Below are positions 51,101 through 63,349 of a stretch of 64,000 nt of DNA, piece after piece. Below the pieces are notes generated by a model. It was not told where the DNA came from. It saw nothing but the letters and a program-made list of their open reading frames with translations, and ran no database searches. Every line of letters begins with the position of its first letter. The stretch's first letter is position 1. The stretch comes from Macrostomum lignano (lineage: Eukaryota), in contig NIVC01001859.1 of NCBI GenBank assembly GCA_002269645.1, positions 58,444-122,443 on the forward strand, read 5' to 3'. Position numbers and translations under genes: made by a program.

Positions 51101-54100
51101 CCACATTTAGAAATCGCCTCCACCCCACATTTAGGAATCGCCTCCACCACACATTTAGGAATCGCCTCCACCCCACATTTAGGAATCGCCTCCACCCCAC
51201 ATTTAGGAATCGCCTCCACCCCACATTTAGGAATCGCCTCCACCCCACATTTAGGAATCGCCTCCACCCCACATTTAGGAATCGCCTCCACCCCACATTT
51301 AGAAATCGCCTCCACCCCACATTTAGGAATCGCCTCCACCACACATTTAGGAATCGCCTCCACCCCACATTTAGGAATCGCCTCCACCCCACATTTAGGA
51401 ATCGCCTCCACCCCACATTTAGAAATCGCCTCCACCCCACATTTAGAAATCGCCTCCACCCCACATTTAGGAATCGCCTCCACCCCACATTTAGAAATCG
51501 CCTCCACCCCACATTTAGGAATCGCCTCCACCCCACATTTAGGAATCGCCTCCACCCCACATTTAGAAATCGCCTCCACCCCACATTTAGAAATCGCCTC
51601 CACCCCACATTTAGGAATCGCCTCCACCCCACATTTAGAAATCGCCTCCACCCCACATTTAGGAATCGCCTCCACCCCACATTTAGGAATCGCCTTTACC
51701 CCACACACTTAGAAATCGCCCCACCAGTCACCACCCTTAGGAATCGCCTCCACCCTAAGCAATCGCCTATAGTCTATGGCATTCATCCCGCCAACAGCAA
51801 CAATGCCAGGCGTGGCGGTAGCGGCAGTATCGAATCCGAATGCGTGGAGCGCCTGCGCCTGTTGCACACCTGCTTATGCCGCAGTGAATCGTCAGCTAAC
51901 GGCCTGCTCAATGCTCCATCTATTCTGGAGTCTGTGCCAGCCATAACAGAATCTTTGCATCTCGTCAGTCGTCCGGAATCCTTGAAACTACTATTCGAAA
52001 TTGCTGTCGGCATATTTAGTTCGGGAACTAAAAATCGCGACTCGAATCAGTCTGTTGACGAGTTGATCGAATGCACTGGAGATTTGCTTCGACAAGGTTG
52101 GCGAGTGCTGGAATCCGAGTATTTAGCTGTGCAGCACTGCTGGCCCCCTGTGGCCGCCTATCTGAGACTGTTGGCTACTGAGCCGATTTGTCTGGGCCTG
52201 CCTGCGGCGGCGCCTGCGGCTGGGCGACAGATATTGCTGGAGGTTTGTTTACTGTTTCGTTTTTTGTTGGGAGATCGTTTCTTTTTGCTTACGATGTCCT
52301 GTTGGGGCGCTGTGGAAATGAGAATCTACTAGGGGCAGGGGTCACCGCTGAAGCATCAGGGAGGGGGTAGCAGCATCCACTGAAGCATCAGGGAGGGGTA
52401 GCAGCATCCCCTGAAGCATCAGGGAGGGGTAGCAGCATCCACTGAAGCATCAGGGAGGGGTAGCAGCATCCCCTGAAGCATCAGGGAGGGGTAGCAGCAT
52501 CCACTGAAGCATCAGGGAGGGGTAGCAGCATCCCCTGAAGCATCAGGGAGGGGTAGCAGCATCCACTGAAGCATCAGGGAGGGGGTAGCAGCATCCACTG
52601 AAGCATCAGGGAGGGGGTAGCAGCATCCACTGAAGCATCAGGGAGGGGTAGCAGCATCCACTGAAGCATCAGGGAGGGGTAGCAGCATCCACTGAAGCAT
52701 CAGGGAGGGGGTAGCAGAATCCACTGAAGCATCAGTAAGGGGGTAGCAGCATCCACTGAAGCATCAGGGAGGGGTAGCAGCATCCACTGAAGCATCAGGG
52801 AGGGGGTAGCAGCATCCACTGAAGCATCAGGGAAGGGGCATCACCTCTGAAGCATAATTGGCTTTTCACTCTGTATTGCTCCATGCCAATGCACCCTACT
52901 CAGGCCATAGACTCCGTGCTGGCCAGCAGCGAGAACCGCGTAGGCCTGGCCGAAGCTCTCACTCGGGAGCTCCTGACCACAGCTTCCGTCGCAGTAGCCG
53001 ACTGTCGAGCCTCCTGGGACGAGGAGGTCCTGCTCAGACTGCTGCTGGCGGGCCTCATCTTCGGTCCCGTGCACCGTCGATTCCAGCGCTACGCCGGTAG
53101 AGTGCACGTGTACTTGGAGACAGCCTACGATAAAGGCTGGCCTTTTAACTTGGAGGCCGCCACGTAAGCGTGCTTTGATTTGTTTACAATTACATTTGCA
53201 CATTTGTACATTTGCACATTTGTACATTTGTACATTTGCACATTTGTACATTTGTACATTTGCTTACAAAAACATTTGTTTACTTTACACGGCTGTTGGG
53301 AGTTCTCCTCCAACTTACCCTCTTCCCCTGCCCTCTCTTTACCCTCTTCCCCTACCCTCCCTTAAACCTCTTCCCCTACTCTCTCTTTTCCCTCTTCCCC
53401 TGCCCTCTCTTTACCCTCTTCCCCTGCCCTCCCTTGAACCTCTTCCCCTGCCCTCTCTTTTCCCTCTTCCCCTGCCCTCTCTTTTCCCTCTTCCCCTGCC
53501 CTCTCTTTTCCCTCTTCCCCTTCCCTCTCTTTTCCCTCTTCCCCTGCCCTCTCTTTACCCTCTTCCCCTGCCCTCTCTTTTCCCTCTTCCCCTTCCCTCT
53601 CTTTTCCCTCTTCCCCTGCCCTCTCTTTACCCTCTTCCCCTACCCTCCCTTAAACCTCTTCCCCTACTCTCTCTTTTCCCTCTTCCCTTGCCCTCTCTTT
53701 ACCCTCTTCCCCTGCCCTCTCTTTTCCCTCTTCCCCTGCCCTCTCTTTTCCCTCTTCCCCTGCCCTCTCTTTACCCTCTTCCCCTGCCCTCCCTTGAACC
53801 TCTTCCCCTGCCCTCTCTTTTCCCTCTTCCCCTGCCCTCTCTTTACCCTCTTCCCCTGCCCTCTCTTTTCCCTCTTCCCCTTCCCTCTCTTTTCCCTCTT
53901 CCCCTGCCCTCTCTTTACCCTCTTCCCCTGCCCTCTCTTTTCCCTCTTCCCCTTCCCTCTCTTTTCCCTCTTCCCCTGCCCTCTCTTTACCCTCTTCCCC
54001 TACCCTCCCTTAAACCTCTTCCCCTACTCTCTCTTTTCCCTCTTCCCTTGCCCTCTCTTTACCCTCTTCCCCTGCCCTCTCTTTTCCCTCTTCCCCTGCC

Positions 54101-54709
54101 CTCTCTTTTCCCTCTTCCCCTGCCCTCTCTTTACCCTCTTCCCCTGCCCTCCCTTGAACCTCTTCCCCTGCCCTCTCTTTTCCCTCTTCCCCTGCCCTCT
54201 CTTTACCCTCTTCCCCTGCCCTCTCTTTACCCTCTTCCCCTGCCCTCTCTTTACCCTCTTACCATGCCCTCTCTTTCACTCTCTCTTATCTTCACACCTC
54301 CCAGCTTCCACGCTACCTCCTTACCATCATCCTTTTTACTCTCCAGCCTCTTATTAAAACCCCAATATACTACTATTGCTGCATATCCCACAATGGCCCG
54401 TCCCCGCAGTCGAGAGAGCAGCGACCGCGTTCCCAGTCTGGAGTTTCTCTGCCGCCTGCCCCAGTGCGCCTGCGAGCGGCACAGCCGATTCGTCCGCTCC
54501 CTGCTGCTGCGCCTGCGCCAGCATTATGATGGGCTGTGCCAGGCCAAGGTGTACAAGAACTTCACCAACTCCGCTGCGCACAGGCAGAAGCACCGGATCT
54601 TCTGCGCTCTGCTCTGCCTGGCGCCTCACCTGCCTATGGTGCGGCTTGGTGTCTGTCTGTCTGTCTGTCTGTCTGTGTGTCTGTGTGTCTGTCTGTCTGT
54701 CTGTGTGTG

Positions 54710-54752
<43 letters not shown>

Positions 54753-54760
54753 GTGTCTGT

Positions 54761-54805
<45 letters not shown>

Positions 54806-55501
54806 TGTCTGTCTGTCCGTCTGTCTGTCACATAGCCTGCCATCTGTCGCGCCTGTTTCCCTGTTGCTGTCTCCCCAAGGAAAACAGTATCCTTATAATC
54901 CCATGAGTTTGTACCTCCACACACGCAGCACGCCGACCTGGTCCTGGACTGGATGGTGCACTGCCTGCGCACGGAATTGATCGCTTCCGTTCGCAGTCAG
55001 ACCGAATGGATTATCAGCCTACTGTGCCTGGACAGCACTACCCGGGCGATCAATATGCTCTATGATCTTCTGGAGTCGGTGAGTTCTCTGGGGAGCTGCC
55101 AGAAAAAAATACTCGTATATGGTAAGAAATTCATGGTTTCAGCTTGAACTTAATTTCAGGAGAAATACAGAAAAAAGAGATAAATGGAGGGGCGTGAAAA
55201 AGGAAGAGAGTGATGATGGTAGAGAAGGAAGATGAAGGAAGAGAGGAAGAAATAAAGAGAGTGGGTAAATGAAGGGAGAGAGGGAGAAATGAAGGGAGAG
55301 GAGTGAGAAATGAAGGGAGATAGGGAAAGATGAAGGGAGATAGGGAGAAATGAAGGGAGAGTGGGAGAATTGAAGGGAGACAGGGAGAAGGTAGAAGAGG
55401 GAGAAATGAATGGAGAAAGGGAGAATTGAAGGGAGACAGGGAGAAGGTAGGAGAGGGAGAAATGAAGGGAGACAGGGAGAAATGAAGGGAGAGGGAGAAA
55501 T

Positions 55502-55586
<85 letters not shown>

Positions 55587-58500
55587 AGAGAGAGAAGAGA
55601 GAGAGAGACGGGGGGTAAATGAAGGGAGACAGGAAGAAATTAAGAGAGAGACAGGGAGAAATGAAGGTAGGAGAGGTAAAAGGGAAGGATGAAGAGAGCG
55701 AGAGCAAGAAATAAAGGAAGAAGGAGAGGGGAAATAAGATGGAGAAATAAACAGGGGGGTGTGAAGAGTGAAGTAGTGATGAAGGGAAAGGGAGAGCTGA
55801 AGGAGAAATTCAACAGAAGGTAGAAATGAATGGAGAGGCAGGGGTGGAGGGACTGGAGAGATTGGAAGGAATAAAAAGCGGCAAAGCAAAGAGAGGGTTA
55901 AGAAGAGCAGATGGTGAATATTCGAGAATGCATTTGAGCCACTTCTGTTCTGACTTCTATCATACAAATTTATGCAAGGCGTGTCCAAGGTGTTTTCATG
56001 TTTTCTCAGCTCATAGACTCGGTTAAATCGATTACTGAGTTCTTCTTAATCCTATAATTAGTAATTGATGTTGGATGTGACGTTAATGCTTTAACCCGGG
56101 CGCCGCGCCTGATAATAAGCAGATTCTGATATCAACAGTTTCAATCAATCAATCAAATGTACTTTATTTAGTTAGTGTTTGCATTGCTTGAATCTTTCGT
56201 TCAGCAACGTCTGATCCATGAATGCAGAGACTGCAGACTTTACTTCCGTATTCTAAGAAATATGGATAGATTTATGAAAATTAATTTGTTTAGGCATTAA
56301 CATATGCTCCTGTACGATAAAAATCGAGTTTGTTTAACTAGTTAGATAGAAAACTTTCTCTCTCTCTGTCTCTCTCTCTGTCTCTCAAGTTCAAACAGTG
56401 CTGAGACGGTTCACTTAGTGCAGTAATTCACTCTTATTATATCATTTTCTACTAATCTACTACTTATTCATAGTAGTAAATGCGCGTTTTTTGAACTAAT
56501 ATCAGTTTTTAGATTTAAAACGCTGAAAACTGATTCTTAAATTCCTCTATCAGCTAGGGATTGAATTCCCCTATCAGCTAGGGATTGAATTCCCCTATCA
56601 GCTAGGGATTGAATTCCCCTATCAGCTAGGGATTGAATTCCCCTATCAGCTAGGGATTGAATTCCCCTATCAGCTAGGGATTGAATTCACCTATCAGCTA
56701 GATATTTAATTCCCCTATCAGATGGATATTGAATTCCCCTATCAGCCAGATATTGAATACCTCATCAGCCACACAGTGAACAATTCCCCATCAGCTACAC
56801 AGTGAACAATTCCCCATCAGCTACACAGTCAACAATTCCCCCATCAGCTACACAGTGAACAATTCCCCATCAGCTACACAGTTAACAATTCCCCATCAGC
56901 TACACAGTGAACAATTCCCCATCAGCTACACAGTGAACAATTCCCCATCAGCTACACAGTGAACAATTCCCCATCAGCTACACAGTCAACAATTCCCCCA
57001 TCAGCTACACAGTGAACAATTCCCCATCAGCTACACAGTTAACAATTCCCCATCAGCTACACAGTGAACAATTCCCCATCAGCTACACAGTCAACAATTC
57101 CCCATCAGCTAGACAGTCAACAATTCCCCATCAGCTACACAGTGAACAATTCCCCCCATCACCAATCCGCAGTCGAAATTCTCCACGGACAGCCGGCCAG
57201 CATTCGTCACGTGCCTGTTATCCGTATCGATTCTCGTGGCCAATCAGCTGCTGGCAGATTCGGACAGCCGACTGAGCGATCACGTGACCCGGGTGCTGAC
57301 TCTGGCAGCAGACTGGTGCCTGGCTCAGCAGTTGCAAATTCGATTGCATGCTCAAATTGCCGAACTGCGGTTGAGCTCCATGGCCGCGAGTGCTGCCCGA
57401 TTGAAAGGTGAGTCGGTTGTTGATTTTGCGAAAAAATCTTCTTTGATGAGATTGTGTTCTTTATCATCCTAAACAGATGATCATATTTTATTGGTCACTG
57501 TATTCTACCAGCGTAGTAATAGATTACCACAGTGAGGGTGAGATTATCCTGAAACGAGGTTAAGAATATCCTACAGTGAGGGGAAGATTATCCTACAGGG
57601 AGGTGGAGATTATCCTACAGGGAGGTGGAGATTATCCTACAGGGAGGGGGGGATTATCCTACAGGGAGGTGGAGATTATCCTACAGTGAGGGGGAGATTA
57701 TCCTACAGTGAGGGGGAGATTATCCTACAGGGAGGGGGAGATTATCCTACAGTGAGGGTGAAATTATCTCACAGTGAGGGTGAGATTATCCTGAAATGAG
57801 GTTAAGAATATCCTACAGTGAGGGAGAGATTTTCCTACAGTGAGTGGGAGATTATTCTACAGTGAGGGGGAGATTATCCTACAGTGAGTGGGAGATTATC
57901 GTACAGTGAGGGGGAGATTATCCTACAGTGATGGAAGATTATCCTACAGTGAGTGGGAGATTATCGTACAGTGAGTGGGAGATTATCCTACAGTGATGGA
58001 AGATTATCCTACAGTGAGGGGAAGATTATCCTACAGTGAGGGAGAGATTATCGTACATTGAGTGGGAGATTATCCTACAGGGAGGGTGAGATTATCCTAC
58101 AGTGAGGGTGAGACTATCCCACTCTCATTTCCCTAATAAAAAACTACCAGACGCCGCGGTGGAAAGTCGCTTAGCGCAGCGGTCGGATTTTCTCCGCCGT
58201 TCTCGGCACGCATTCCGCAAGCTCGGCCTGCTTGAACGGCACTGGTGGCTGAGCGACTTCCTGCCTAGGGGCCACCTGAGCCTCGATTCGGTCTGCCGAC
58301 TGGCTCCCGCGCTGTGGGGCCTTCAGGCCGAGGAGCTGATCCTGCCAGATCAGTGGTCGATCGCCTCCGCGCCTACCGGATGCAGTGCTCAACAGCCAGT
58401 GGTGACAGTGAACTCCGCTGCCTCTATTGAACCGTTGGAGCGTCAGCTGTTGCTACCAAATCGATGGCAAGCGGCCGAAGCTCTGGAATCGGCTGTGTTA

Positions 58501-59877
58501 AACGCCGCCTCGTCTGTAGTTGAGCAGCAGCAGGAGTCGGCTGTTAACGAACCTACTTTAAGTAGTTTGCAACGGAAACCTCAATCGGCTCAACAGTGCT
58601 CGTAAGTGCGCTTTTTCTAATGTTATTTTCGATACATATCGGCATGTTTTACTATGATTTTCGTGCTTTTAATAATGTTCTGCCTTCTCTCCTTTAGTTA
58701 TATTTAATTCGATACATATCGGCAGGCGATTCTAAGAACTGTTATTATATGTTGTTTAGTTATATTCACTTCGATACATATCGGAAGGCGTTTCTAAGAA
58801 TTGTTAATGATATTCTGTTAAGTTGTATTCAATTCGATACATATCAGCAGGCGTTTCTAAGAATGGTCAATGATATTCTGTTAAGTTGTATTCAATTCGA
58901 TACATATCGGAAGGCGTTTCTAAGAATTGTCAATGATATTCTGTTAAGTTGTATTCAATTCGATACATATCGGAAGGCGTTTCTTAAAATTGTCAATGGT
59001 ATGCTGTTAAGTTGTATTCAATTCGATACATATCGGAAGGCGTTTCTAAGAATTGTCAATGATATTCTGTTAAGTTGTATTCAATTCGATACATATCGGA
59101 AGGCGTTTCTTAAAATTGTCAATGATATTCTGTTAAGTTGTATTCAATTCGATACATATCAGCAGGCGTTTCTAAGAATTGTCAATGATATTCTGTTAAG
59201 TTGTATTCAATTCGATACATATCGGCAGGCGTTTCTTAAAATTGTCAATGGTATGCTGTACTATCCCTTTTTAGTTATTAGTTATATTCAATTCGATACA
59301 TATCGGCAAATGCTCTCTTTTTCACTTCTTCAGCCAGCCTGCAACTGCAGTCGGCGCAGCTTCCGCCGCCGGCGGCCTCATCATCGTGGCCTCCCTAATC
59401 GACAAGGCCAACAATCTGGGTGGCCTCTGCCGCTCTGCCGAATCGTTCGGCATCTCCGACGTCTGCCTGCCGAGCCTTCGACTTCTAGCCGATCCGGAGT
59501 TCGACCAGCTGTCGCTTGGCGCTCACCGCTGGCTCCGCCTCACCGAGGTGCCGCCCGGCCAGCCGTTGCTCGACTTTCTGCGGCGTCAGCGAGCCGAAGG
59601 CGTCGCCCTGATCGGCCTGGAGCAGACCGAGCGCTCCCGGCCGATGCACCGCTTCCAGTTCCCCGCTACCCGGCGCTGTCTCCTGCTGCTTGGCCACGAG
59701 AAGCGCGGCATTCCGCCGGATTTGATTGGCGAGCTGGACGCCTGTCTGGAGATTCCAATGTCCGGCGTAGTTCGATCGCTGAATGTGCACGTGTCGGCCG
59801 CTCTGGCGCTGTGGGAATATCGAAGACAGCGTCTGCTGCTGGATGATTGTACCGCCGCCGCTTCGCCTGATCTGTAG
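38487..59877 (+). CDS. TARBP1: tRNA (guanosine-18 2'-O)-methyltransferase TARBP1/Trm3, ~1685 aa
   Basis: Exons 38487-39992, 43333-43513, 44102-44225, 45269-45594, 46495-46853, 48183-48308, 49317-49349 (tentative microexon), 49453-49541, ~51798-52242, 52904-53163, 54410-54638, 54929-55078, 57173-57407, 58151-58601, 59334-59877 (5058 nt, in frame). SPOUT domain [25 protein letters not shown]...[11 protein letters not shown]...[25 protein letters not shown]; upstream TARBP1-like blocks such as [12 protein letters not shown] and EWII. Confidence 0.9.
39290..39680 (+). repeat. In-frame 27-bp coding repeat (TSGLASNTG-like) inside TARBP1 exon 1
   Basis: CACTTCCGGT.TGGCTTCTAATA units; frame stays open across the array. 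Confidence 0.85.
40020..41570. repeat. 23-bp minisatellite (GATGGTCTCTTAAATTACCGAAT), TARBP1 intron 1
   Basis: Direct reading. Confidence 0.95.
41583..43300. repeat. Highly homogeneous 40-bp minisatellite (AATCTGGTCACTCCCAATGTACATGGTGCAGAATCCAGTC), ~43 copies
   Basis: Direct reading; only a few single-base variants. Confidence 0.97.
43595..43995. repeat. 23-bp minisatellite with two CCCTAA per unit (CCCTAATCCATCCCTAATAACCG)
   Basis: Direct reading. Confidence 0.92.
44597..45250. repeat. (GACA)n microsatellite
   Basis: Direct reading. Confidence 0.95.
45715..46350. repeat. 29-bp C/T-rich minisatellite (CCCTCTCCCTCCGCTCCCCCTCTTATCCG)
   Basis: Direct reading. Confidence 0.93.
46880..48075. 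repeat. 28-bp minisatellite, same family as 16107-17300
   Basis: Same unit and variants (AGTGTCA / GATCCTCA / GATCCCCA). Confidence 0.95.
48328..49120. repeat. 45/46-bp minisatellite (GGGTATTTTAGATTCAGGACACTGGGTATGTCAGATGCAGTCTAA)
   Basis: Direct reading. Confidence 0.95.
49582..50230 (+). mobile_element. 5'-truncated SINE family B copy (+), interrupted by a second copy
   Basis: 49582-49720 and 50099-50230 together form a collinear B-family body and tail. Confidence 0.8.
49721..50086 (-). mobile_element. Full-length SINE family B with poly(A) tail and 12-bp TSD
   Basis: tRNA head on the - strand at ~50086; T-run at 49720-49729; TSD ATGCCTAACGAT at 49709-49720 and 50087-50098. Confidence 0.9.
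50410..51760. repeat. 24-bp minisatellite (TTAGGAATCGCCTCCACCCCACAT) with degenerate left part
   Basis: Direct reading. Confidence 0.95.
52332..52840. repeat. 31-bp minisatellite (ACTGAAGCATCAGGGAGGGGTAGCAGCATCC)
   Basis: Direct reading. Confidence 0.95.
53188..54265. repeat. 9-bp (TTTGTACAT) array followed by a 24-bp C/T-rich minisatellite (TCTCTTTTCCCTCTTCCCCTGCCC)
   Basis: Direct reading. Confidence 0.93.
54650..54830. repeat. (TCTG)n/(CCTG)n microsatellite
   Basis: Direct reading. Confidence 0.93.
55150..55900. repeat. GA-rich tract with (GA)n core
   Basis: Direct reading. Confidence 0.9.
56545..57160. repeat. 24-bp array (TTCCCCTATCAGCTAGGGATTGAA) grading into a 26-bp array (ACAGTGAACAATTCCCCATCAGCTAC)
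   Basis: Direct reading. Confidence 0.92.
57525..58120. repeat. 23-bp minisatellite (GGAGATTATCCTACAGTGAGGGG)
   Basis: Direct reading. Confidence 0.92.
58625..59308. repeat. 63-bp minisatellite with TTCGATACATATCGG core
   Basis: Direct reading; last TARBP1 intron. Confidence 0.93.
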
Positions 59878-59914
59878 CGCTGCTGGTCGGATTGATTTTT
59901 TTGCTCTCAAGTTT

Positions 59915-60525
59915 TGTGTTTTTCGATACATATCGGGGTGTGGGACTCATTTTGTGTTTTCCTATTTTTCGATACATATCGGGTGAGTGTGAATTTATCA
60001 GTTTGTGTGCTTTTCGATACATATCGGGGTGTGGGACTCATTTTGTGTTTTCCTATTTTTCGATACATATCGGGTGAGTGTGAATTTATCAGTTTGTGTG
60101 CTTTTCGATACATATCGAGTGAGTGTGAATTTATCAGTTTGTGTGCTTTTCGATACATATCGGGTGAGTGTGAATTTATCAGTTTGTGTGCTTTTCGATA
60201 CATATCGGGTGAGTGTGAATTTATCAGTTTGTGTGCTTTTCGATACATATCGGGTGAGTTTGAATTTATCAGTTTGTGTGCTTTTCGATACATATCGAGT
60301 GAGTGTGAATTTATCAGTTTGTGTACTTTTCGATACATATCGGGTGAGTGTGAATTTGTCAGTTTGTGTGCTTTTCGATACATATCGGGTGAGTTTGAAT
60401 TTATCAGTTTGTGTACTTTTCGATACATATCGGGTGAGTGTGAATTTCTCAGTTTGTGTACTTTTCGATACATATCGGGTGAGTGTGAATTTATCAGTTA
60501 GTGTACTTTTCGATACATATCGGAT
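59915..60525. repeat. 45-bp minisatellite with TTCGATACATATCGG core (probable TARBP1 3' UTR)
   Basis: Direct reading; first AATAAA noticed after the stop is at 60564. Confidence 0.93.
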
Positions 60526-60563
60526 GTTTAAATCACTGTATGGGCGGCTTTATATTTGATTTC

Positions 60564-60569
60564 AATAAA
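60564..60569 (+). terminator. Putative poly(A) signal of TARBP1
   Basis: AATAAA followed by a T-rich stretch; position-based. Confidence 0.4.
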
Positions 60570-61284
60570 TTATTGTTGCGTCACTACTTTTAATTGCTTT
60601 TTCTAATTCTTCTGATTTTGGGCCTACCTGCGCATAATAGTATATATGCTATATAGCTTAAATTAATTTATTGCGCATTTTCATGCTCGTAAGTCGTTAT
60701 CATATGCTGTTTCGCAACTTTACCTACTCGCTACTGTAAGGCGTTGGTTAGTAGTAATGCGCGCGTTTTTCCCGCATGATTTAATAAAGCGTTATATTTG
60801 TGCTTTAATTTGCACTTTTTGGTGATTGGATTTTTCTTTTTAATGTCTAAAATTCGAGTTGATGCTTACTCTCTATTCCACTGCGTCAAGTAGTATCGCG
60901 TGCAAGCGTGGCTTATTTTTTCATGCGTCTCTAAAATTTATGAGCGAATTTTCACAGTTATGGATTTTGTGTGGTAGCATATTGCGGCTAAAAAAATTGA
61001 TTGAGTTCCAAATAAATTTAACATCTTCGAGTAATTGGAAGTTTCTTTAAGTCTGTAATATTGTAGCTGAATTGGACTTCAGTTGACCAATTGTTTGTAT
61101 TTTCAAATTTATTTAAAAGTTTAACTTCTTTGGGTCTCTATTTACAGATATATCTAACATTTTTTATGCAGCAGATTAGTTATCTGTCAAATATTTTGAT
61201 ATGTTTTTTTCAATTTAAACAGGTACTTAAGGCATGTATGGAATGTGGTGTGTGAGTAATAATTTACATTGTTAGACCTTTAAA

Positions 61285-61680
61285 ATCTCCCAGATCCTCA
61301 AACTCGGTTCTTAATTATCCACGATCCTTAAACTCATTTTTAATCATCCCAGATCCTCAAACTGGATTCATAGTTCTCTCAGATCCTCAAATTCGGTTTG
61401 TAATTCTCCCAGATCCTTAAACTGGATTCAAAATTCTCCCAGATCCTTAAACTCAGTTTTAATTATCCCAGATCCTCAAACTGGATTCAAAATTCTCCCG
61501 GATCCTTAAATTCGGTTTGTAATTCTCCCAGATCCTCAAACTGGATTCATAATTCTTCCAGATCCTCAAACTGGATTCATAATTCTCCCAGATCCTCAAA
61601 CTGGATGCATAATTCTCCCAAATCCTCAAATTCGGTTTGTAATTCTCCCAGATCCTCAAACTCTGGAAAGAAATTCTCCC
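61285..61680. repeat. 30-bp minisatellite (CCCAGATCCTCAAACTGGATTCATAATTCT)
   Basis: Direct reading. Confidence 0.9.
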
Positions 61681-61762
61681 AAGCCCCTTACGACGAGTAT
61701 TAGACCTAATTGTCTTCCGAATCTTCATATTTGGCTTGAAATCTCTCAGATCATCCTGACTT

Positions 61763-63349
61763 TTAAGCCACGTTTGCTCTGTCATTCGAACACATGTCCA
61801 CGTATCCTTCGATTGGCGCTGCGCCGTCCCTGACGTCACCTCCTCGCGCTGTTGTTGGCCGCTGCTGCACCTCGTCGTACATGTAATTCATTGTATTGCT
61901 GGCGTCTATGGAAGCTGACGAGTTGCTGACGCTGTTGCCGCCCATATCGATGTAGCTGTAGGCCTCCGGTCTCGGCTGTTGCTGACCCGTCATTGAGTCT
62001 GGGATCGGCGGCAACGGAGTTGATCCTCTGCCCAGGATTTGCTCCGATTGACAACGCGATCCAAGTTGTTGCAGTTGTTGCTGCAGCTGCAGCTGCTGCT
62101 GTTGCTGCTGCTGCTGTTGCAACCCCGGCTCTGCAGGCGGATGCAGTTTCTTGGAAAACACCCTCGATCGCTGCGGATCGAATGCATACGGCAGCCCGGA
62201 CCGGTAGGTGGCCACAGACAGCTGGCTGCCTGTCAGGTTGGTTGACTTCACCGACACGGTGTTGTAGGGACACTCGGAGTCCAGCTCTTGCTGCTGCCGC
62301 TGCTTCTGTCGGCGTTGCTGATGACGCCGACGTCGGCAGGCCCAGACTCCGCCGCCAACGGCCAGGATGGCGAGTGCGGCGGCGGCTGCCGCGGTCAACC
62401 CGAGCACGGCTGGCAGGCGGAGCAACAGAGAGGCCGATGCCAGATCCTCCCGCGGCGCCAGGGTCGGTCCGGTTTTCGTAACCGACGATCCGCCGCCGTT
62501 GTCGCCGTCGCAAGCCCAGCTGCCCAGCCTCGTCAGTGGGCAGTCGCTGCCGTTGCTCAAACGGCAGGTTGGCGTGTCGGCGATGACCACGCCTTGCCTG
62601 CGGGATCGAGACAGCCGAGTGGTGTATTTGACGAGATCGGCCCACCACCAGCCAGCGCTGAGGCAATTCGTTTTCAGCACAAATTTGAATAAATAATAAT
62701 AATTGATTTCATCTGGCCCTAATGGACAGATGTGCCCCCTACAGCTCAGCCGCGGCTATTGCGCGGCGTATCTGAGGGCTGCGTACGGCTGTTCAGTACA
62801 AGGACTGGGAGGGGGTCGCCACACACACCCTCAATTACCCCAGCTAATGCTGGCACTCATTTTACAGCTGGGTGAACTGAAGCAATGCAGATTCAAGTCT
62901 GGCTAAAGGAAACAAATTGTTACCATGCGGGTCTGGAATCGAACCCCCGACCTTTCAGTCGTGAGTCTGACGCTCTAACCACTAAGCTACATCCCCTTGT
63001 CCAATATACTAAAAATGGTTTGTCAGTATAGTTACGTGTGTGATTGATTTCAGAAAATTAGCCTACTAAAAGCGCAATTGATAAATAATGGATCAGTTCC
63101 CCACCATGCCAGCCGTTGCTTGTCTCTGTACAGCGAGCAGCTGCACACAAACGGGTTCTTAGACAGCGATAATTTCCACAGCCGGGCGTCCGCTGGCAGC
63201 CAATCGGTGATGGCCTTGAGCGAAATCAGCCGGTTGTCGCTCAGATCCAATTGTTGCAGTTGGCGCAATCGGTCCAGGAAACTGGCGTTGGAGCTGCGCC
63301 GCAAGGTCCCGGACTCGACGCCCAGCAGATTGCCGCTAAGGTCGAGCAC
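61763..63349 (-). CDS. LRR-containing single-pass membrane receptor, 3' exons only (5' part outside or unresolved)
   Basis: Exons 63105-63349 and 61763-62657 (phase 2 junction, tentative donor). LRRs VLDLSGNLL, LQQLDLSDNRL, LWKLSLSKN; LRRCT NPFVCSC; TM LPAVLGLTAAAAAALAILAVGGGVWAC; Gln-rich Tyr-containing tail. Confidence 0.8.
62690..62996 (-). mobile_element. tRNA-derived SINE family A, second copy, in the LRR gene intron
   Basis: GGGGATGTAGCTTAGTGGTTAGAGCG...GGTTCGATTCC head; body matches 27345-27636 (GCATTGCTTCAGTTCACCCAGCTGTAAAATG...GCCGTACGCAGCC); (TTA)n tail. Confidence 0.88.

Noticed and set aside
50820-51760. ORFs GWRRFLNV / HPTFRNRL / CGVEAIPK repeats
   Set aside because: Translations of a 24-bp intronic array; only the part from ~51798 is a plausible exon.
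58625-60525. CRISPR-like array (palindromic repeat plus spacer)
   Set aside because: Spacers are repeated rather than unique, the context is a eukaryotic intron/UTR, and no cas genes are present.
62925-62996. tRNA gene (CAC-like anticodon)
   Set aside because: Anticodon and acceptor stems are imperfect and the sequence continues into a SINE body shared with 27345.
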